Positions 18,670 through 28,399 are shown, counted from the stretch's first letter. The stretch is 64,000 nucleotides of DNA from an uncultured Gammaproteobacteria bacterium (GCA_964390595.1 CAYMIA010000001.1:59981-123980), one strand, 5' to 3'. Made by a program: numbers and translations. The notes: generated from the sequence alone by a model not told the origin.

Positions 18670-19689
18670 ATGTTTCAATCAGCTAGGTTTAAACTGACAT
18701 TTTGGTATATCTTAATTATCGCCTGCATTAGCGTTTTTTTTAGCGCCGCCTTTTACAAAACTTCAACCAAAGAGTTTGATAGAATAAAGCAGGTTGCTCA
18801 GTTCCGGATTGATCACGAAGAAGACCAATTTCTCCCTCCAGAGATTTTGGCGTTGAGGTTGGAGCAGAATCGGAACACCTTGAGTACAGTTGCGGAAGCT
18901 GAACGGCGGATATTGCTCTTTTTGGTGGTGATTAATCTGATCTTGCTTTTGGGCAGTGCTGGGGCGAGTTATTTTTTAGCTGGCCGGACACTTAAGCCAA
19001 TTCAAGAGATGGTAAATGAGCAGAATAGATTCATCAGCGATTCCTCTCATGAACTCCGAACTCCGCTGACTGCGCTTCGAAGTATGATCGAGGTTAATTT
19101 AAGAGCCAAGAAGTTATCAGTTAAAGAAGCCAGAGAGCTGCTTGTGAGTAATTTAGAAGAGGTGGTTAGTTTGCAGACTTTGGCAGAAAGTTTATTGCAG
19201 CTAACTCAGTTGGGAAGTAAGAATACTTATCAATTTAAAAAAATTAACTTAAGAAACTTGGGAGAAGAGGCGATTAAGAAAGTTCGACCTTTATCTAAAG
19301 AAAAAGATATTAAAATTGAGAACAAGCTGGAAGACCTGTCAGTTGAGGGAGAATATTTGAGCTTGCTTGAATTGTTTGTGATCTTTCTGGAAAATGCAAT
19401 TAAGTATAGCCACCCAGGCAGTGATATTATAGTTGATTTGGCTATTTTGGATCACACTGTCAAAATTAACTTCAAAGATCAAGGGATTGGCATAGAACCA
19501 TCGGAGTTGGCTCATATCTTTGACCGTTTTTATCGGGTTGATTCAGCCAGAAGTGGTAGTAAAGTGGGTGGTTTTGGGTTGGGGTTGTCAATTGCTAAAA
19601 AGATTGCTGAGCTTCACCAAGGGCAAATTGAGGTGGAAAGTAAGGTGGGTCAAGGGAGTAAATTTAGTGTCTTATTGCCTCTAAAATAG
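18670..19689 (+). CDS. sensor histidine kinase
   Basis: 339 aa with two TM segments. H-box SHELRTPLTALRS and HATPase G-boxes (GGFGLGLSIAKK). It starts 8 nt after the response regulator. Confidence 0.85.
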   Translation: MFQSARFKLTFWYILIIACISVFFSAAFYKTSTKEFDRIKQVAQFRIDHEEDQFLPPEILALRLEQNRNTLSTVAEAERRILLFLVVINLILLLGSAGASYFLAGRTLKPIQEMVNEQNRFISDSSHELRTPLTALRSMIEVNLRAKKLSVKEARELLVSNLEEVVSLQTLAESLLQLTQLGSKNTYQFKKINLRNLGEEAIKKVRPLSKEKDIKIENKLEDLSVEGEYLSLLELFVIFLENAIKYSHPGSDIIVDLAILDHTVKINFKDQGIGIEPSELAHIFDRFYRVDSARSGSKVGGFGLGLSIAKKIAELHQGQIEVESKVGQGSKFSVLLPLK

Positions 19690-19703
19690 ATCTTTACAGA
19701 AAC

Positions 19704-20696
19704 ATGTTTAGTGAACAAGGCCGGGTCATTTATCATCGCAGAAAAAGAAAAAGCAGATTTACCAAACTGATGCTGGTTCTGTTTGGATTTATTTTTGTTT
19801 TAGCGGTCTACTGGCTGTTTTTAAAAAGGCAGCCGGAGAGCTTGCCGCTTAGTTCGTCAGTTGGTTCATCTGAGCAAAATTTAGGTGGGGTTTCAGTTCT
19901 GTCTCTTTCGACTAACCGGCCGGAGAATCTTGACTCTGCGCTGTCGCAAGTAGTTCAAAAATCCCTTGAGGGTACCAGGGGAACTTACGCGGTAGCGATA
20001 AAGAATTTAAAAAATGGTGAGACGTATTTATACAACGAACATCGGGTTTTTGAGGCAGGCAGTTTATACAAACTTTGGGTAATGAATACGGTGATGGAAA
20101 AAATTAATCAGGGAGTATTGAAGGAGGATGATGTGCTGGAGGAGGATGTTCAGATATTAAATTCTGAATTCAGTATTGACCCAGAACTAGCTGAACAGAC
20201 AGAGGGGACAGTTTCCTTTACAGTGAATGATGCCTTAAAACAGATGATCACAATATCTCATAACTATGCCGCATTGATTTTAACAGCCAAAATTAGATTA
20301 TCAACTGTAGCCAAGTTCTTAGCGGATAATAATTTTAAAGAATCTCAGGTTGGTACCAATGGTGAAGCTCCAGTGACAACGGCGCTAGATATAATGCGCT
20401 ATTTAGAGAAATTGTATTTAGGGCAGCTCTCTGATAAGGAATCGACGGATAAGATGTTAAATTTGTTAAAGATGCAGCAGTTAAATGATAAGATTCCTAA
20501 ATATCTGCCGGTTGATACCATGGTCGCGCATAAAACTGGGGAGATTGGGCAATTTAGTCATGATGTTGGAATTGTTTACTCAAGTAAAGGGGACTATATT
20601 ATAGTTATTCTGTCAGAAAGCGACTACCCGCCAGGAGCCGAGGAGCGGATTGCTCAAGTCTCACAAGCAGTTTACCAATATTTTAATTCCAAATAA
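19704..20696 (+). CDS. class A beta-lactamase-like / penicillin-binding serine hydrolase
   Basis: 330 aa with an N-terminal TM anchor. It has the three active-site motifs S-x-x-K (SLYK), S-x-N (SHN) and KTG (HKTGEIG). Confidence 0.65.
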   Translation: MFSEQGRVIYHRRKRKSRFTKLMLVLFGFIFVLAVYWLFLKRQPESLPLSSSVGSSEQNLGGVSVLSLSTNRPENLDSALSQVVQKSLEGTRGTYAVAIKNLKNGETYLYNEHRVFEAGSLYKLWVMNTVMEKINQGVLKEDDVLEEDVQILNSEFSIDPELAEQTEGTVSFTVNDALKQMITISHNYAALILTAKIRLSTVAKFLADNNFKESQVGTNGEAPVTTALDIMRYLEKLYLGQLSDKESTDKMLNLLKMQQLNDKIPKYLPVDTMVAHKTGEIGQFSHDVGIVYSSKGDYIIVILSESDYPPGAEERIAQVSQAVYQYFNSK

Positions 20697-20701
20697 GTGG
20701 G

Positions 20702-21244
20702 CTATTTTTTTCTTAAGTTTAGTACAAGAAGCGAGATAACGCTTAACACTGACATAATTAAAAAGAGAGTGCTAAATCCAAAAAGAGTAATGACAAAGCC
20801 ACTTAAAATACCTGCTATGGCGACAGCAGAGTTGCTGATGACTCCCCAAAGGCTCCATTCTTTGAGGTGTTTTTTAGGGTCCAGATTCTCTGAGATTAAA
20901 GTTTGAAAAGAAGGTGAACCAATTCCTTCTGAGATACCAATTAGGACCTGGGCGATAAAAAGGGTAGTAATTGTGGGCTGAATGACAAGTGAAAACCAGG
21001 CGATTCCACGGATAATAAAGTTTAATCTAAGCAATTTCTCATGCAAACTAACTTTGTCTGTTAGCTTTAACATGAAGAATTGAACGATGGTGGTAACAAT
21101 GAATTTAAGCCCAAATAAGATTCCTGCGAGTTCAATATTGCCACCAATTTTGGTGACAAATACAGCATAAAGGGGAACAAACAAACTTTCTGCAAATACA
21201 AAAATGGTGTTGCTAATGACTAGATATCTTAGATAAAAGTTCAC
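20702..21244 (-). CDS. six-TM membrane protein (half-size MFS-like)
   Basis: 180 aa and polytopic. No strong motif. It could be a truncated or half transporter. Confidence 0.35.
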   Translation of the reverse strand: MNFYLRYLVISNTIFVFAESLFVPLYAVFVTKIGGNIELAGILFGLKFIVTTIVQFFMLKLTDKVSLHEKLLRLNFIIRGIAWFSLVIQPTITTLFIAQVLIGISEGIGSPSFQTLISENLDPKKHLKEWSLWGVISNSAVAIAGILSGFVITLFGFSTLFLIMSVLSVISLLVLNLRKK

Positions 21245-21261
21245 CTGAATTTAGTATAGCA

Positions 21262-21756
21262 TTAAGCAAGGCCAGTTTTTCCGAGGATTTCAACAGAAAT
21301 GACTTTTCTTCCCAGAGGTCGGTTAGTTCTAAAAGGAATGTTTTTTACAATTAGCTCTTCAACTATTAGATTACCTGAGCGAAGGACAGTTACCAATGGC
21401 AACTTGGCTAATAACTCTGGATCTGTACTTCTAAACTCTCCCAACTCTTTGGCTTGATTTATGATATCTAGTTTTTTTAAGGCGTTTCTAGTTGGTTTGT
21501 TGGTAACTACGCCGCTAAAGGGAACATCATGACCTGTAATACTAACGAGCTCTTTGAGTAAGAGGCTGGCGATACCTCGGCGGCGAAATCTTTTATCTGG
21601 AACTAGGAGGTCCTCTATTTCAATAACTCCATTCGGATTTAAATAGTACTCTAACACTCCGACAGTAATTTCATTGAAATCGGCCACGATTGAGGTATGT
21701 GGTGTATCAATATAGTGCCTGATTTGCAGGCTTTCCAAAAACTCCGTTCCAGCCAT
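21262..21756 (-). CDS. GNAT-family N-acetyltransferase
   Basis: 164 aa with acetyl-CoA motif A, RRRGIASLLLKEL (R-x-x-G-x-A). Confidence 0.7.
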   Translation of the reverse strand: MAGTEFLESLQIRHYIDTPHTSIVADFNEITVGVLEYYLNPNGVIEIEDLLVPDKRFRRRGIASLLLKELVSITGHDVPFSGVVTNKPTRNALKKLDIINQAKELGEFRSTDPELLAKLPLVTVLRSGNLIVEELIVKNIPFRTNRPLGRKVISVEILGKTGLA

Positions 21757-21817
21757 CTGGATATTATAGGTCGGTATACTTTGAATTACAAATATATGAA
21801 TTACTTTTTGGTATACT

Positions 21818-22261
21818 TTGGCAATGAGACTTATTACTTCTGAGCTTACTACTCGGATTGTTGCCGAAGTTTGTGATTTGCTGAATAAGAATGGTGTGTC
21901 CTACTTAGTCTATGGAAGTGTTGGGGTTAAACTTCTAATGGAGGAAGATTTGCAGGTGAATGATATTGACATAATAGTGATGGAGTCTGATTTTGAACAG
22001 CTAAAGCAGCTATTAAGAAAATCTTTTAACCCTATTTGGACTGGTTTTAGTATTCATGCTAATTCCACAGAATATTTGGGCTATGACGGTAAGCCATTTG
22101 ATATTTCATTTGATTCTTATGGGCATTATTTTGCAAAGTTAGGAGTGGATTTTAGTGCTAATGTGGATAAGGATGTTAATGGAGTGACTATTAAAATTAT
22201 GCCTCAGGAAACATTGCATAAGATTTATGAAAAATTTTCTAGTAAGTATAGAGGTCGGTGA
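21818..22261 (+). CDS. nucleotidyltransferase-fold protein (ANT/Lnu-like minimal NTase)
   Basis: 147 aa. YGSVGV...NDIDII matches the G[SG]-x9-13-D-x-D nucleotidyltransferase signature. Confidence 0.45.
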   Translation: MAMRLITSELTTRIVAEVCDLLNKNGVSYLVYGSVGVKLLMEEDLQVNDIDIIVMESDFEQLKQLLRKSFNPIWTGFSIHANSTEYLGYDGKPFDISFDSYGHYFAKLGVDFSANVDKDVNGVTIKIMPQETLHKIYEKFSSKYRGR

Positions 22262-22268
22262 GACTTAC

Positions 22269-22502
22269 TTATTCTGTAGGTTGTTCTTCGGTTTGTTCTG
22301 ATTCTGCTAAGGTTTGTTGCTCTGCCTGTTGCTCAGCTTCGGTCAGTTGAGTTTTTAGCTGATCAATTTGTTCTCTGTCTGCAGTGATTCGGTGTTCATA
22401 TTCATCAACATAGCCTTGATAGGTAGCTCTATTATTCTCAGCTTGTTGTTTATCTGCCTCAATAGTGCTGATTTGATCTTTTATAGAACCTGGATTGGCC
22501 AT
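22269..22502 (-). CDS. small coiled-coil protein (hypothetical)
   Basis: 77 aa, Q/E-rich with heptad-like repeats. Confidence 0.35.
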   Translation of the reverse strand: MANPGSIKDQISTIEADKQQAENNRATYQGYVDEYEHRITADREQIDQLKTQLTEAEQQAEQQTLAESEQTEEQPTE

Positions 22503-22643
22503 GCGTATATATTAATCTTGTTTTGCAAGCTTGGTATAAAGAAAGAGTAAAGAAAAGGTAAGAAAGGTTTTGATATACTCAAGTTATAGATTTTAAGAAT
22601 TTAGTAGATAAATTAATTAAAGAGACTGTTGAAGAGTATGAAA

Positions 22644-23006
22644 CTACTTTTTCTCTTCCCAGGGAGTCATGAGTTGGAAATAGTTGCCGTCAGGATCAGC
22701 GAGGGTAGCGACCCAGCCACCGCCCATTTCGTAAGGTTCTTTAACTGAAGTCGCACCTGCTTTGACCATGCGGTCGTATTCTTCTTTAACTTCCTTGGTT
22801 TCTAGATTGAACATGAATCTAGAGGGTTCTTTTGACTCACCCCTTACTTCTGAGTGTTCACCAACCATTAAAAAGCAGCCACCTACTGACCAACCAGCGC
22901 CACTATCGTCAGTGTAGTCTGCAGTTTTATCAAAGATTTTGCCATAAAACTCGGAGAGGACTTTGGGTTGTGAGCTGCCAATCATGATGGAATTTAAATT
23001 TAACAT
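22644..23006 (-). CDS. VOC (glyoxalase-fold) family protein
   Basis: 120 aa. The C-terminal LADPDGNYFQLM is the VOC hallmark. It is a paralog of 4596..5003. Confidence 0.6.
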   Translation of the reverse strand: MLNLNSIMIGSSQPKVLSEFYGKIFDKTADYTDDSGAGWSVGGCFLMVGEHSEVRGESKEPSRFMFNLETKEVKEEYDRMVKAGATSVKEPYEMGGGWVATLADPDGNYFQLMTPWEEKK

Positions 23007-23013
23007 AGTTTGA

Positions 23014-23787
23014 TTATACTACAGCTTGAGGTTTTTTGGAATGGTTCAAACTGTCAAGTCCCGCTCGAAGTCGGGCTGCACCCCCAAGTTGGACTTGGGC
23101 AAGAAGGAGTTGACTAACAAATTCAGGAGGAGTATCTGTTCGAAGAATCCAGGGTTCGAGTTGAGCAGAAGAAAAAGGTGGGTGACTCTCCTCGGGCACT
23201 AGGTGAGTCTTTAGAAGCGGGAGGATGCCTTCTTTTAGACGGCCTTGATGTCTGGCCTTCTGGTAAGCGTCACAGACAAATTTATAGCAAACTTCCGCGT
23301 CTTCGGTAAGTTTGTGCGTATCAGTATAGGGGCGTCTACCAGTAAAGACTAATTCCATGATCCAACCGCTTAAGATCTCTCCCAGTAAATTAAGTTTTAA
23401 TTCTGGGGCAACATCTCCTTGGACATCTTCTTGATGATGTTCGTCATCAATCCACCGACTGCCAATTACTCCTGTGCCTGGTAGGCGGCCATATAGTTCC
23501 ATTAATTTGGCCCGATAGTCTACTTTATGACCAATCATGACTTTTCTTAGGCCATCGACTAATTTAGGGGTTTCCCGGTTTTGCCAAGTAGTGGCAATGG
23601 TTTCTGTCATAAGGTTAACGCGGTCGTCATAGGGAAGATTCTCTAAGGCACTATCTAGTAGGAATAAAATGGGGTCGCTCCAACGAGGGTCTTTGTTACC
23701 AAATATGACTTGTCTTTCTGGTTTTTCTGCTGCTCTGTCTGGACCCATAGATAAATGTAAAATACACTTCTTTAAATTTTTTGTCAA
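23014..23787 (-). CDS. hypothetical protein in higher-GC block, divergent from radical SAM gene
   Basis: 257-aa ORF. The likely start is the internal Met MGPDRAAEK. It is W/R/P-rich and sampled GC is about 47% against 35-40% in the surroundings. No motif recognised. Confidence 0.45.
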   Translation of the reverse strand: MTKNLKKCILHLSMGPDRAAEKPERQVIFGNKDPRWSDPILFLLDSALENLPYDDRVNLMTETIATTWQNRETPKLVDGLRKVMIGHKVDYRAKLMELYGRLPGTGVIGSRWIDDEHHQEDVQGDVAPELKLNLLGEILSGWIMELVFTGRRPYTDTHKLTEDAEVCYKFVCDAYQKARHQGRLKEGILPLLKTHLVPEESHPPFSSAQLEPWILRTDTPPEFVSQLLLAQVQLGGAARLRAGLDSLNHSKKPQAVV

Positions 23788-23833
23788 GGTTAAATTAATG
23801 TGCTCTAGGTGGATGGTGTAAAATAGGTAAGTA

Positions 23834-24751
23834 ATGCAAGAAGTAGGTCAAAACTCAGGTTTGGATTACCAAAAAGGTACTGTTGTACCAATTTTAGATT
23901 TGGAGATTTCAGGAGAATGTAATTTGCATTGTCCGACTTGTTGGGGGACGCCACCAAGTATGAAGCAAGAACATGGGCTTTCAGAATGGTTGTCCTTAAT
24001 TGAAAAGCTAAAAGTTGAATATGGTTTAGAAAGTATTGCTTTGACTGGAGGGGAGCCTTTAATGGTGCCAGGAATTGATAGTTTTATAAAGGGTGCTAAA
24101 GCAGGCTTGGGGTTAAATGTTAATTTGCTGACTAATGCGGTCTTTTTAGGAGAACACTTTTTTAGCATCAGGCCCTACTTGGCCTCTATTTCTGTTCCAC
24201 TTGATGGTTCAAATGAGATGATTAACCGGAGGTCCAGGGGTAAAGATCATTTTTCAGTGGCACTGGATTGGATCTCACTAATTAGCGGGCAGCATCCAGG
24301 ACTACCCTTAAAAGTGGGAACTGTGGTATCTGGTGCAAACATCCAAGATGTGCCAAATATTGGAGAAGTTTTGTTAGATCAGGGATTTAGTCAGACTTGG
24401 AAATTATATCAAGCGACAGCTTTTGGAGCTGCGCAGGAAAGTAGGGTTTGGAAAACAAGAAGAGTGACAGATCAAGATTTTGAGCGATTAGTGGTAGAGA
24501 TGACAAGGAAATTTGCAGGTCAAATGAATGTAACTGGTCTGTCAACTGTAGAAGTGGGTGGATATTGCATAATAGTTAGACCAAATGGGAATGTGGTGAC
24601 TAATTCTTTAATTGATGGGACTGAGCATTTGCTTTTTGGCAATATTTTTGATGATACTGCAGGGGCCATGCGATCGATTGGTGAATATCATGTTAGGGAC
24701 CGCGGTGTCCAGAGAATGGCCACTTCTTATGGTTTCCAAGGGCTTCGCTAG
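23834..24751 (+). CDS. radical SAM enzyme (single [4Fe-4S] cluster, no SPASM/twitch Cys cluster)
   Basis: 305 aa. CNLHCPTCWG is the C-x3-C-x2-C cluster motif, and GGEPLMV is the SAM-binding glycine-rich motif. The C-terminal half carries only one Cys. Confidence 0.8.
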   Translation: MQEVGQNSGLDYQKGTVVPILDLEISGECNLHCPTCWGTPPSMKQEHGLSEWLSLIEKLKVEYGLESIALTGGEPLMVPGIDSFIKGAKAGLGLNVNLLTNAVFLGEHFFSIRPYLASISVPLDGSNEMINRRSRGKDHFSVALDWISLISGQHPGLPLKVGTVVSGANIQDVPNIGEVLLDQGFSQTWKLYQATAFGAAQESRVWKTRRVTDQDFERLVVEMTRKFAGQMNVTGLSTVEVGGYCIIVRPNGNVVTNSLIDGTEHLLFGNIFDDTAGAMRSIGEYHVRDRGVQRMATSYGFQGLR

Positions 24752-24770
24752 GGTGTGTTATTATCATTGA

Positions 24771-25397
24771 ATGGAAAAAGTGGCGATTGTTGGGAGTGGG
24801 GTCGTTGGAAAGACTCTAGCTCAAGGGTTTAAGAAGCACGGTTATGAGGTAATAATGGGTTCTAGAGATGGCCAGCCAGTTGAGGGGTTTGATGGAGAGT
24901 TTGGTAAATTTGAGGAGGTGGTCAAAGACGCTAAAATTGTAGTTTTGGCGGTTAAGGGTTCAGCCGCTGAAGAAGTGGTTTCGAGCTTGAAGGATAATTT
25001 ATCAGGAAAAGTGGTTATTGATACGACTAATCCAATTGCGCAGGAGCCACCAGAAAATGGGGTGTTGAGGTTTTTTACCTCTTTAGATAACTCTTTAATG
25101 GAGAGGTTGCAAAAAAAGGCTCCAGGGGCTTATTTTGTGAAAGCTTTTAATAGTGTTGGCAACGCAGTGATGGTTAATCCTGATTTTGGTGGAGAGACAC
25201 CTTCAATGTTTATCTGTGGTAACAGTGAAGAGGCTAAAAAAGAGGTGGGTCAGATTTTAGAAAAGTTTGGGTGGGAAGTTGAAGATATGGGAATGGTGGA
25301 ATCAGCTAGAGCAATTGAGCCTCTTTGCATCCTTTGGTGTATCCCTGGAATGCTTAAAAATGAATGGCTCCATGCCTTTAAGCATTTAAAGAAATAG
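24771..25397 (+). CDS. NADP-dependent oxidoreductase, F420-dependent NADP reductase/ProC-like Rossmann protein
   Basis: 208 aa with the N-terminal dinucleotide-binding motif KVAIVGSGVVGKTLAQGF. Its overall pattern resembles the NADP_oxidored_F420 family. Confidence 0.55.
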   Translation: MEKVAIVGSGVVGKTLAQGFKKHGYEVIMGSRDGQPVEGFDGEFGKFEEVVKDAKIVVLAVKGSAAEEVVSSLKDNLSGKVVIDTTNPIAQEPPENGVLRFFTSLDNSLMERLQKKAPGAYFVKAFNSVGNAVMVNPDFGGETPSMFICGNSEEAKKEVGQILEKFGWEVEDMGMVESARAIEPLCILWCIPGMLKNEWLHAFKHLKK

Positions 25398-25691
25398 TCA
25401 GTCTTTATTAGCGTCTTCTCAGAAGGCCAAGTAGGGGTGAACCAGCTCCAATCAAAAAGCCAAATTGATACCAAGCGGTATCTCTGGCGACATCATAAAC
25501 AGGAAATTGGGCTAATATCCCAAAAATATGCAAAATAAGTAGTGGCCAAGCAGTTAATCCATTCCAAAGTCCAAGTAAAATATTTTCTAACATTAGATCT
25601 ATTATACACTAGTGAACAACTGATTGAACTTGCATCACATTATCATCCTATAGTTGGTTATTTTCTTAATATTCTGGTAGTATAAGCACTT

Positions 25692-26564
25692 ATGAATAAT
25701 CTTGAGGTTGTTAATGGGGATCTTTTAGTCACAACAGGTACTGAAGCTCTTGCAGATAGAGTTGTAGTTATAGAAAATAGAACTCTGGTTTTGCCTGCTT
25801 TAATAAGAGAACAGATGCGGGATTTGGATAATTGGGTTGCTTCTGGAAAATATTCTGCTGAAATATTCGCAGTGGGTCTCTCTAAAACTAATCAAGACAG
25901 AATAGAAGTTGTAGAGCTAATTGCACCTGATCCAGAGAAAATTTTTAGAATAGATGGTTTTTTTATAACGCCTCAACAAAAAGAGCTCCAATATTTACTC
26001 AGCGATTGCCAAACCCTTGCTATAGCGTCAATGAGTAGTGGTATTTTTTTGTATGCTCGCGGAATTGAAGGAACTGGTAAAGGCATCTTTTTTGAGGGAG
26101 GTGCTAATGGATCAATTGAGTGGTCAATTATCGCCAGAGATTTGAGCCAATTATTTGATCAAGAATTGCCTACCAGTGTTGAGGAAGCAAGATCCTTAAC
26201 TCCCTTGGAAGCTGAAGTTGACTTAGATGGAGTGATGACCTTAAGCAGTGCTAGCATAACAAGAGGTTTCTTAAAAAAGGTAGATAATAGAGCCCAAGAG
26301 GTCGGTTTAAAGATTGGTTACACAGTTCATCACCATCCCAGCCTTCAATTGGCTGTGTTGGCTTTACGAGGTAAAGATTTTAGCAGAAGACAAGCATTTT
26401 ATGATGAGCTATTAACTTACTCCCCAGGAGATATTGATACAATGAAAAGACTTGGAGCTGATTTTTTTGAGATCAGAGCTTTAGGAAATCCTCAAAATCC
26501 ATTTGATCCAAATGTAGGTGTAACAAGTAGAATTTATAGAACTGGAAGTAGTAGAATAGATTAG
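25692..26564 (+). CDS. hypothetical protein
   Basis: 290-aa ORF. No motif recognised. Confidence 0.45.
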   Translation: MNNLEVVNGDLLVTTGTEALADRVVVIENRTLVLPALIREQMRDLDNWVASGKYSAEIFAVGLSKTNQDRIEVVELIAPDPEKIFRIDGFFITPQQKELQYLLSDCQTLAIASMSSGIFLYARGIEGTGKGIFFEGGANGSIEWSIIARDLSQLFDQELPTSVEEARSLTPLEAEVDLDGVMTLSSASITRGFLKKVDNRAQEVGLKIGYTVHHHPSLQLAVLALRGKDFSRRQAFYDELLTYSPGDIDTMKRLGADFFEIRALGNPQNPFDPNVGVTSRIYRTGSSRID

Positions 26565-27160
26565 TGAGAAAAATTATTGTATTAACTTTTATTACATTGG
26601 ATGGAGTTATGCAGGCGCCAGGTGGACCAACAGAAGATACCTCCGGTGGGTTTAAGTATGGTGGATGGACAGCTCCATATTTTGATGATTTTTCTGGTAA
26701 GATCATGGCTGAACAGATGAGTCAGCCTTTTGAGTTGTTGCTGGGAAGAATTACATTTGAGATATTTGCTTCTTATTGGCCAGAGCATGAGAAAGATTGG
26801 CCAGGCATCAATAAGGTAACAAAGTATGTGCTATCAAATACACTCACCAAACATGAATGGAGAAATTCAGTCTTTATGGGTGGTGATGTGGTGGAAAAGA
26901 TCAAAGAGCTAAAAAAGAAAAAAGGACCAGACCTGCAAGTTTATGGGAGCAGTAATCTGATTCAGACCTTATTGAAGCATGACTTAGTTGATGAATTTTG
27001 GCTGAAAATATTTCCTCTGACCTTGGGGGAAGGAAAAAGATTGTTTGGTGAAGGGACTATTCCAGCAGCTTTCACCTTAGAAGAATCTAAAACTTCACCC
27101 AGTGGAGTAATCTTTGCTAACTACAAGCGGGCTGGCAAAGTTAAAACAGGATCATTTTAA
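26564..27160 (+). CDS. dihydrofolate reductase-like (RibD C-terminal domain, YwjB-like) protein
   Basis: 198 aa. KIIVLTFITLDGVMQAPGG...GRITFEIFASYWPE...VYGSSNLIQTLLKHDLVDEF is typical of the RibD_C/DHFR-like family. Confidence 0.7.
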   Translation: MRKIIVLTFITLDGVMQAPGGPTEDTSGGFKYGGWTAPYFDDFSGKIMAEQMSQPFELLLGRITFEIFASYWPEHEKDWPGINKVTKYVLSNTLTKHEWRNSVFMGGDVVEKIKELKKKKGPDLQVYGSSNLIQTLLKHDLVDEFWLKIFPLTLGEGKRLFGEGTIPAAFTLEESKTSPSGVIFANYKRAGKVKTGSF

Positions 27161-27232
27161 AGAAGGGTAAATAATACAAAAACAAGAAGGTCTATTTATG
27201 AAATTCCTAATTTCACCTGATATACTTTAATA

Positions 27233-27544
27233 ATGCCAACTGCGGCTGAAGAATTTCTAAGCATAATTAATGAAACTGTACCAAATGCCACTCCTGGTAT
27301 AGCTTATGGTATGGATTGTTTTATGTATAAAGGAAAACCAGTAGGGTCTTTAGTAGAAGCTAAAAAACACATTGGATTTTATCCGATGAGTGGTAGTATT
27401 GTAGAACAGTTTAAGGAAGAGCTTAAAGAATATTCAACTTCTAAAGGAACTGTTAGATTTCCATTAGGAAAACCTTTACCAAAAGGGATTATAAAAAAGA
27501 TGCTTTTGGCCAGAATTAAAGAGATAGATGAATCCCTGGGGTGA
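27233..27544 (+). CDS. DUF1801 (YdhG-like) domain protein
   Basis: 103 aa. The pattern GIAYGMDCFMYKGKPV...GFYPMSG matches DUF1801. A paralog is at 52639..53040. Confidence 0.55.
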   Translation: MPTAAEEFLSIINETVPNATPGIAYGMDCFMYKGKPVGSLVEAKKHIGFYPMSGSIVEQFKEELKEYSTSKGTVRFPLGKPLPKGIIKKMLLARIKEIDESLG

Positions 27545-27640
27545 TTGGTTGGATGTAGCTTGTACCTAACTCAAGAAATTTTAATCCCTTGATAATTATT
27601 TCTGCTTGATTATAATATCTTGATCTGCCTTATCATATAA

Positions 27641-28399
27641 ATGGCAACATTCACCACCAAAGAAATTGATATTCATGCTTTTCAAGCAGGGATATTTATG
27701 GCAGAGGCAGACTTAATTTCCCCTGTCGTGGTCGAGGAAACAGAGCATCCAGATATACCTCAAAGACTAGAGGATTTCTATGCAGCAATGAAGCGCCATC
27801 TTGATCACTGGTCTTCTTATGCTAGTGCAGCAGGAATTGGTCAATACTCACTGGTAACAGGTCAACCTGCTGGAGCTTTAGCCAGAGTCGATTCATACTT
27901 TAGAAACCCTACTGGAAGAGAAATGTTCGAGGATTTTCATAATTTTGGGGAACAGGTGATGGGTCCAGCTGTATTAGAAACCACTGATGAGCAAAGAGAA
28001 CAATTTAAAAATAATCTGGTCTTTAACTTCCTTGGCGAAGATTTTTACTTTGTCGGACCTCCTCGACTAAGGCGAACAGTTTTTTTAACTAGAGTCTTTC
28101 CTGGGAGTCTTCCACCTGATATCTCAGAATTCATCAGAGATATCGAAGGTATCAGTCAAGCTGATGAAATGATGACAACTCAAGGTTATCATCTATTTCA
28201 TGCGATAGATGGAAGGATGATGCATTTACCGTTTAGAGAAGCTACGGATTATGATCCGACAAAATTGACTTACTTTGGACAAATGAGAATGGAACGGAAA
28301 AGACTACTATTTTATCCACCAGATGAAAATAGGGTTGTTGATTTTACTCAAGCTTTCAGGAGAACCGCGTCTGACACTGGGGTGAGCGACGGGATTTGA
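27641..28399 (+). CDS. hypothetical protein
   Basis: 252-aa ORF. Its last codons overlap the 3' end of tRNA-His on the opposite strand. No motif recognised. Confidence 0.4.
   Translation: MATFTTKEIDIHAFQAGIFMAEADLISPVVVEETEHPDIPQRLEDFYAAMKRHLDHWSSYASAAGIGQYSLVTGQPAGALARVDSYFRNPTGREMFEDFHNFGEQVMGPAVLETTDEQREQFKNNLVFNFLGEDFYFVGPPRLRRTVFLTRVFPGSLPPDISEFIRDIEGISQADEMMTTQGYHLFHAIDGRMMHLPFREATDYDPTKLTYFGQMRMERKRLLFYPPDENRVVDFTQAFRRTASDTGVSDGI

Noticed and set aside
23014-23787. HD-domain phosphohydrolase call for the 257-aa protein
   Set aside because: There is no HD dipeptide and no H...HD...H...H...D arrangement in the sequence.
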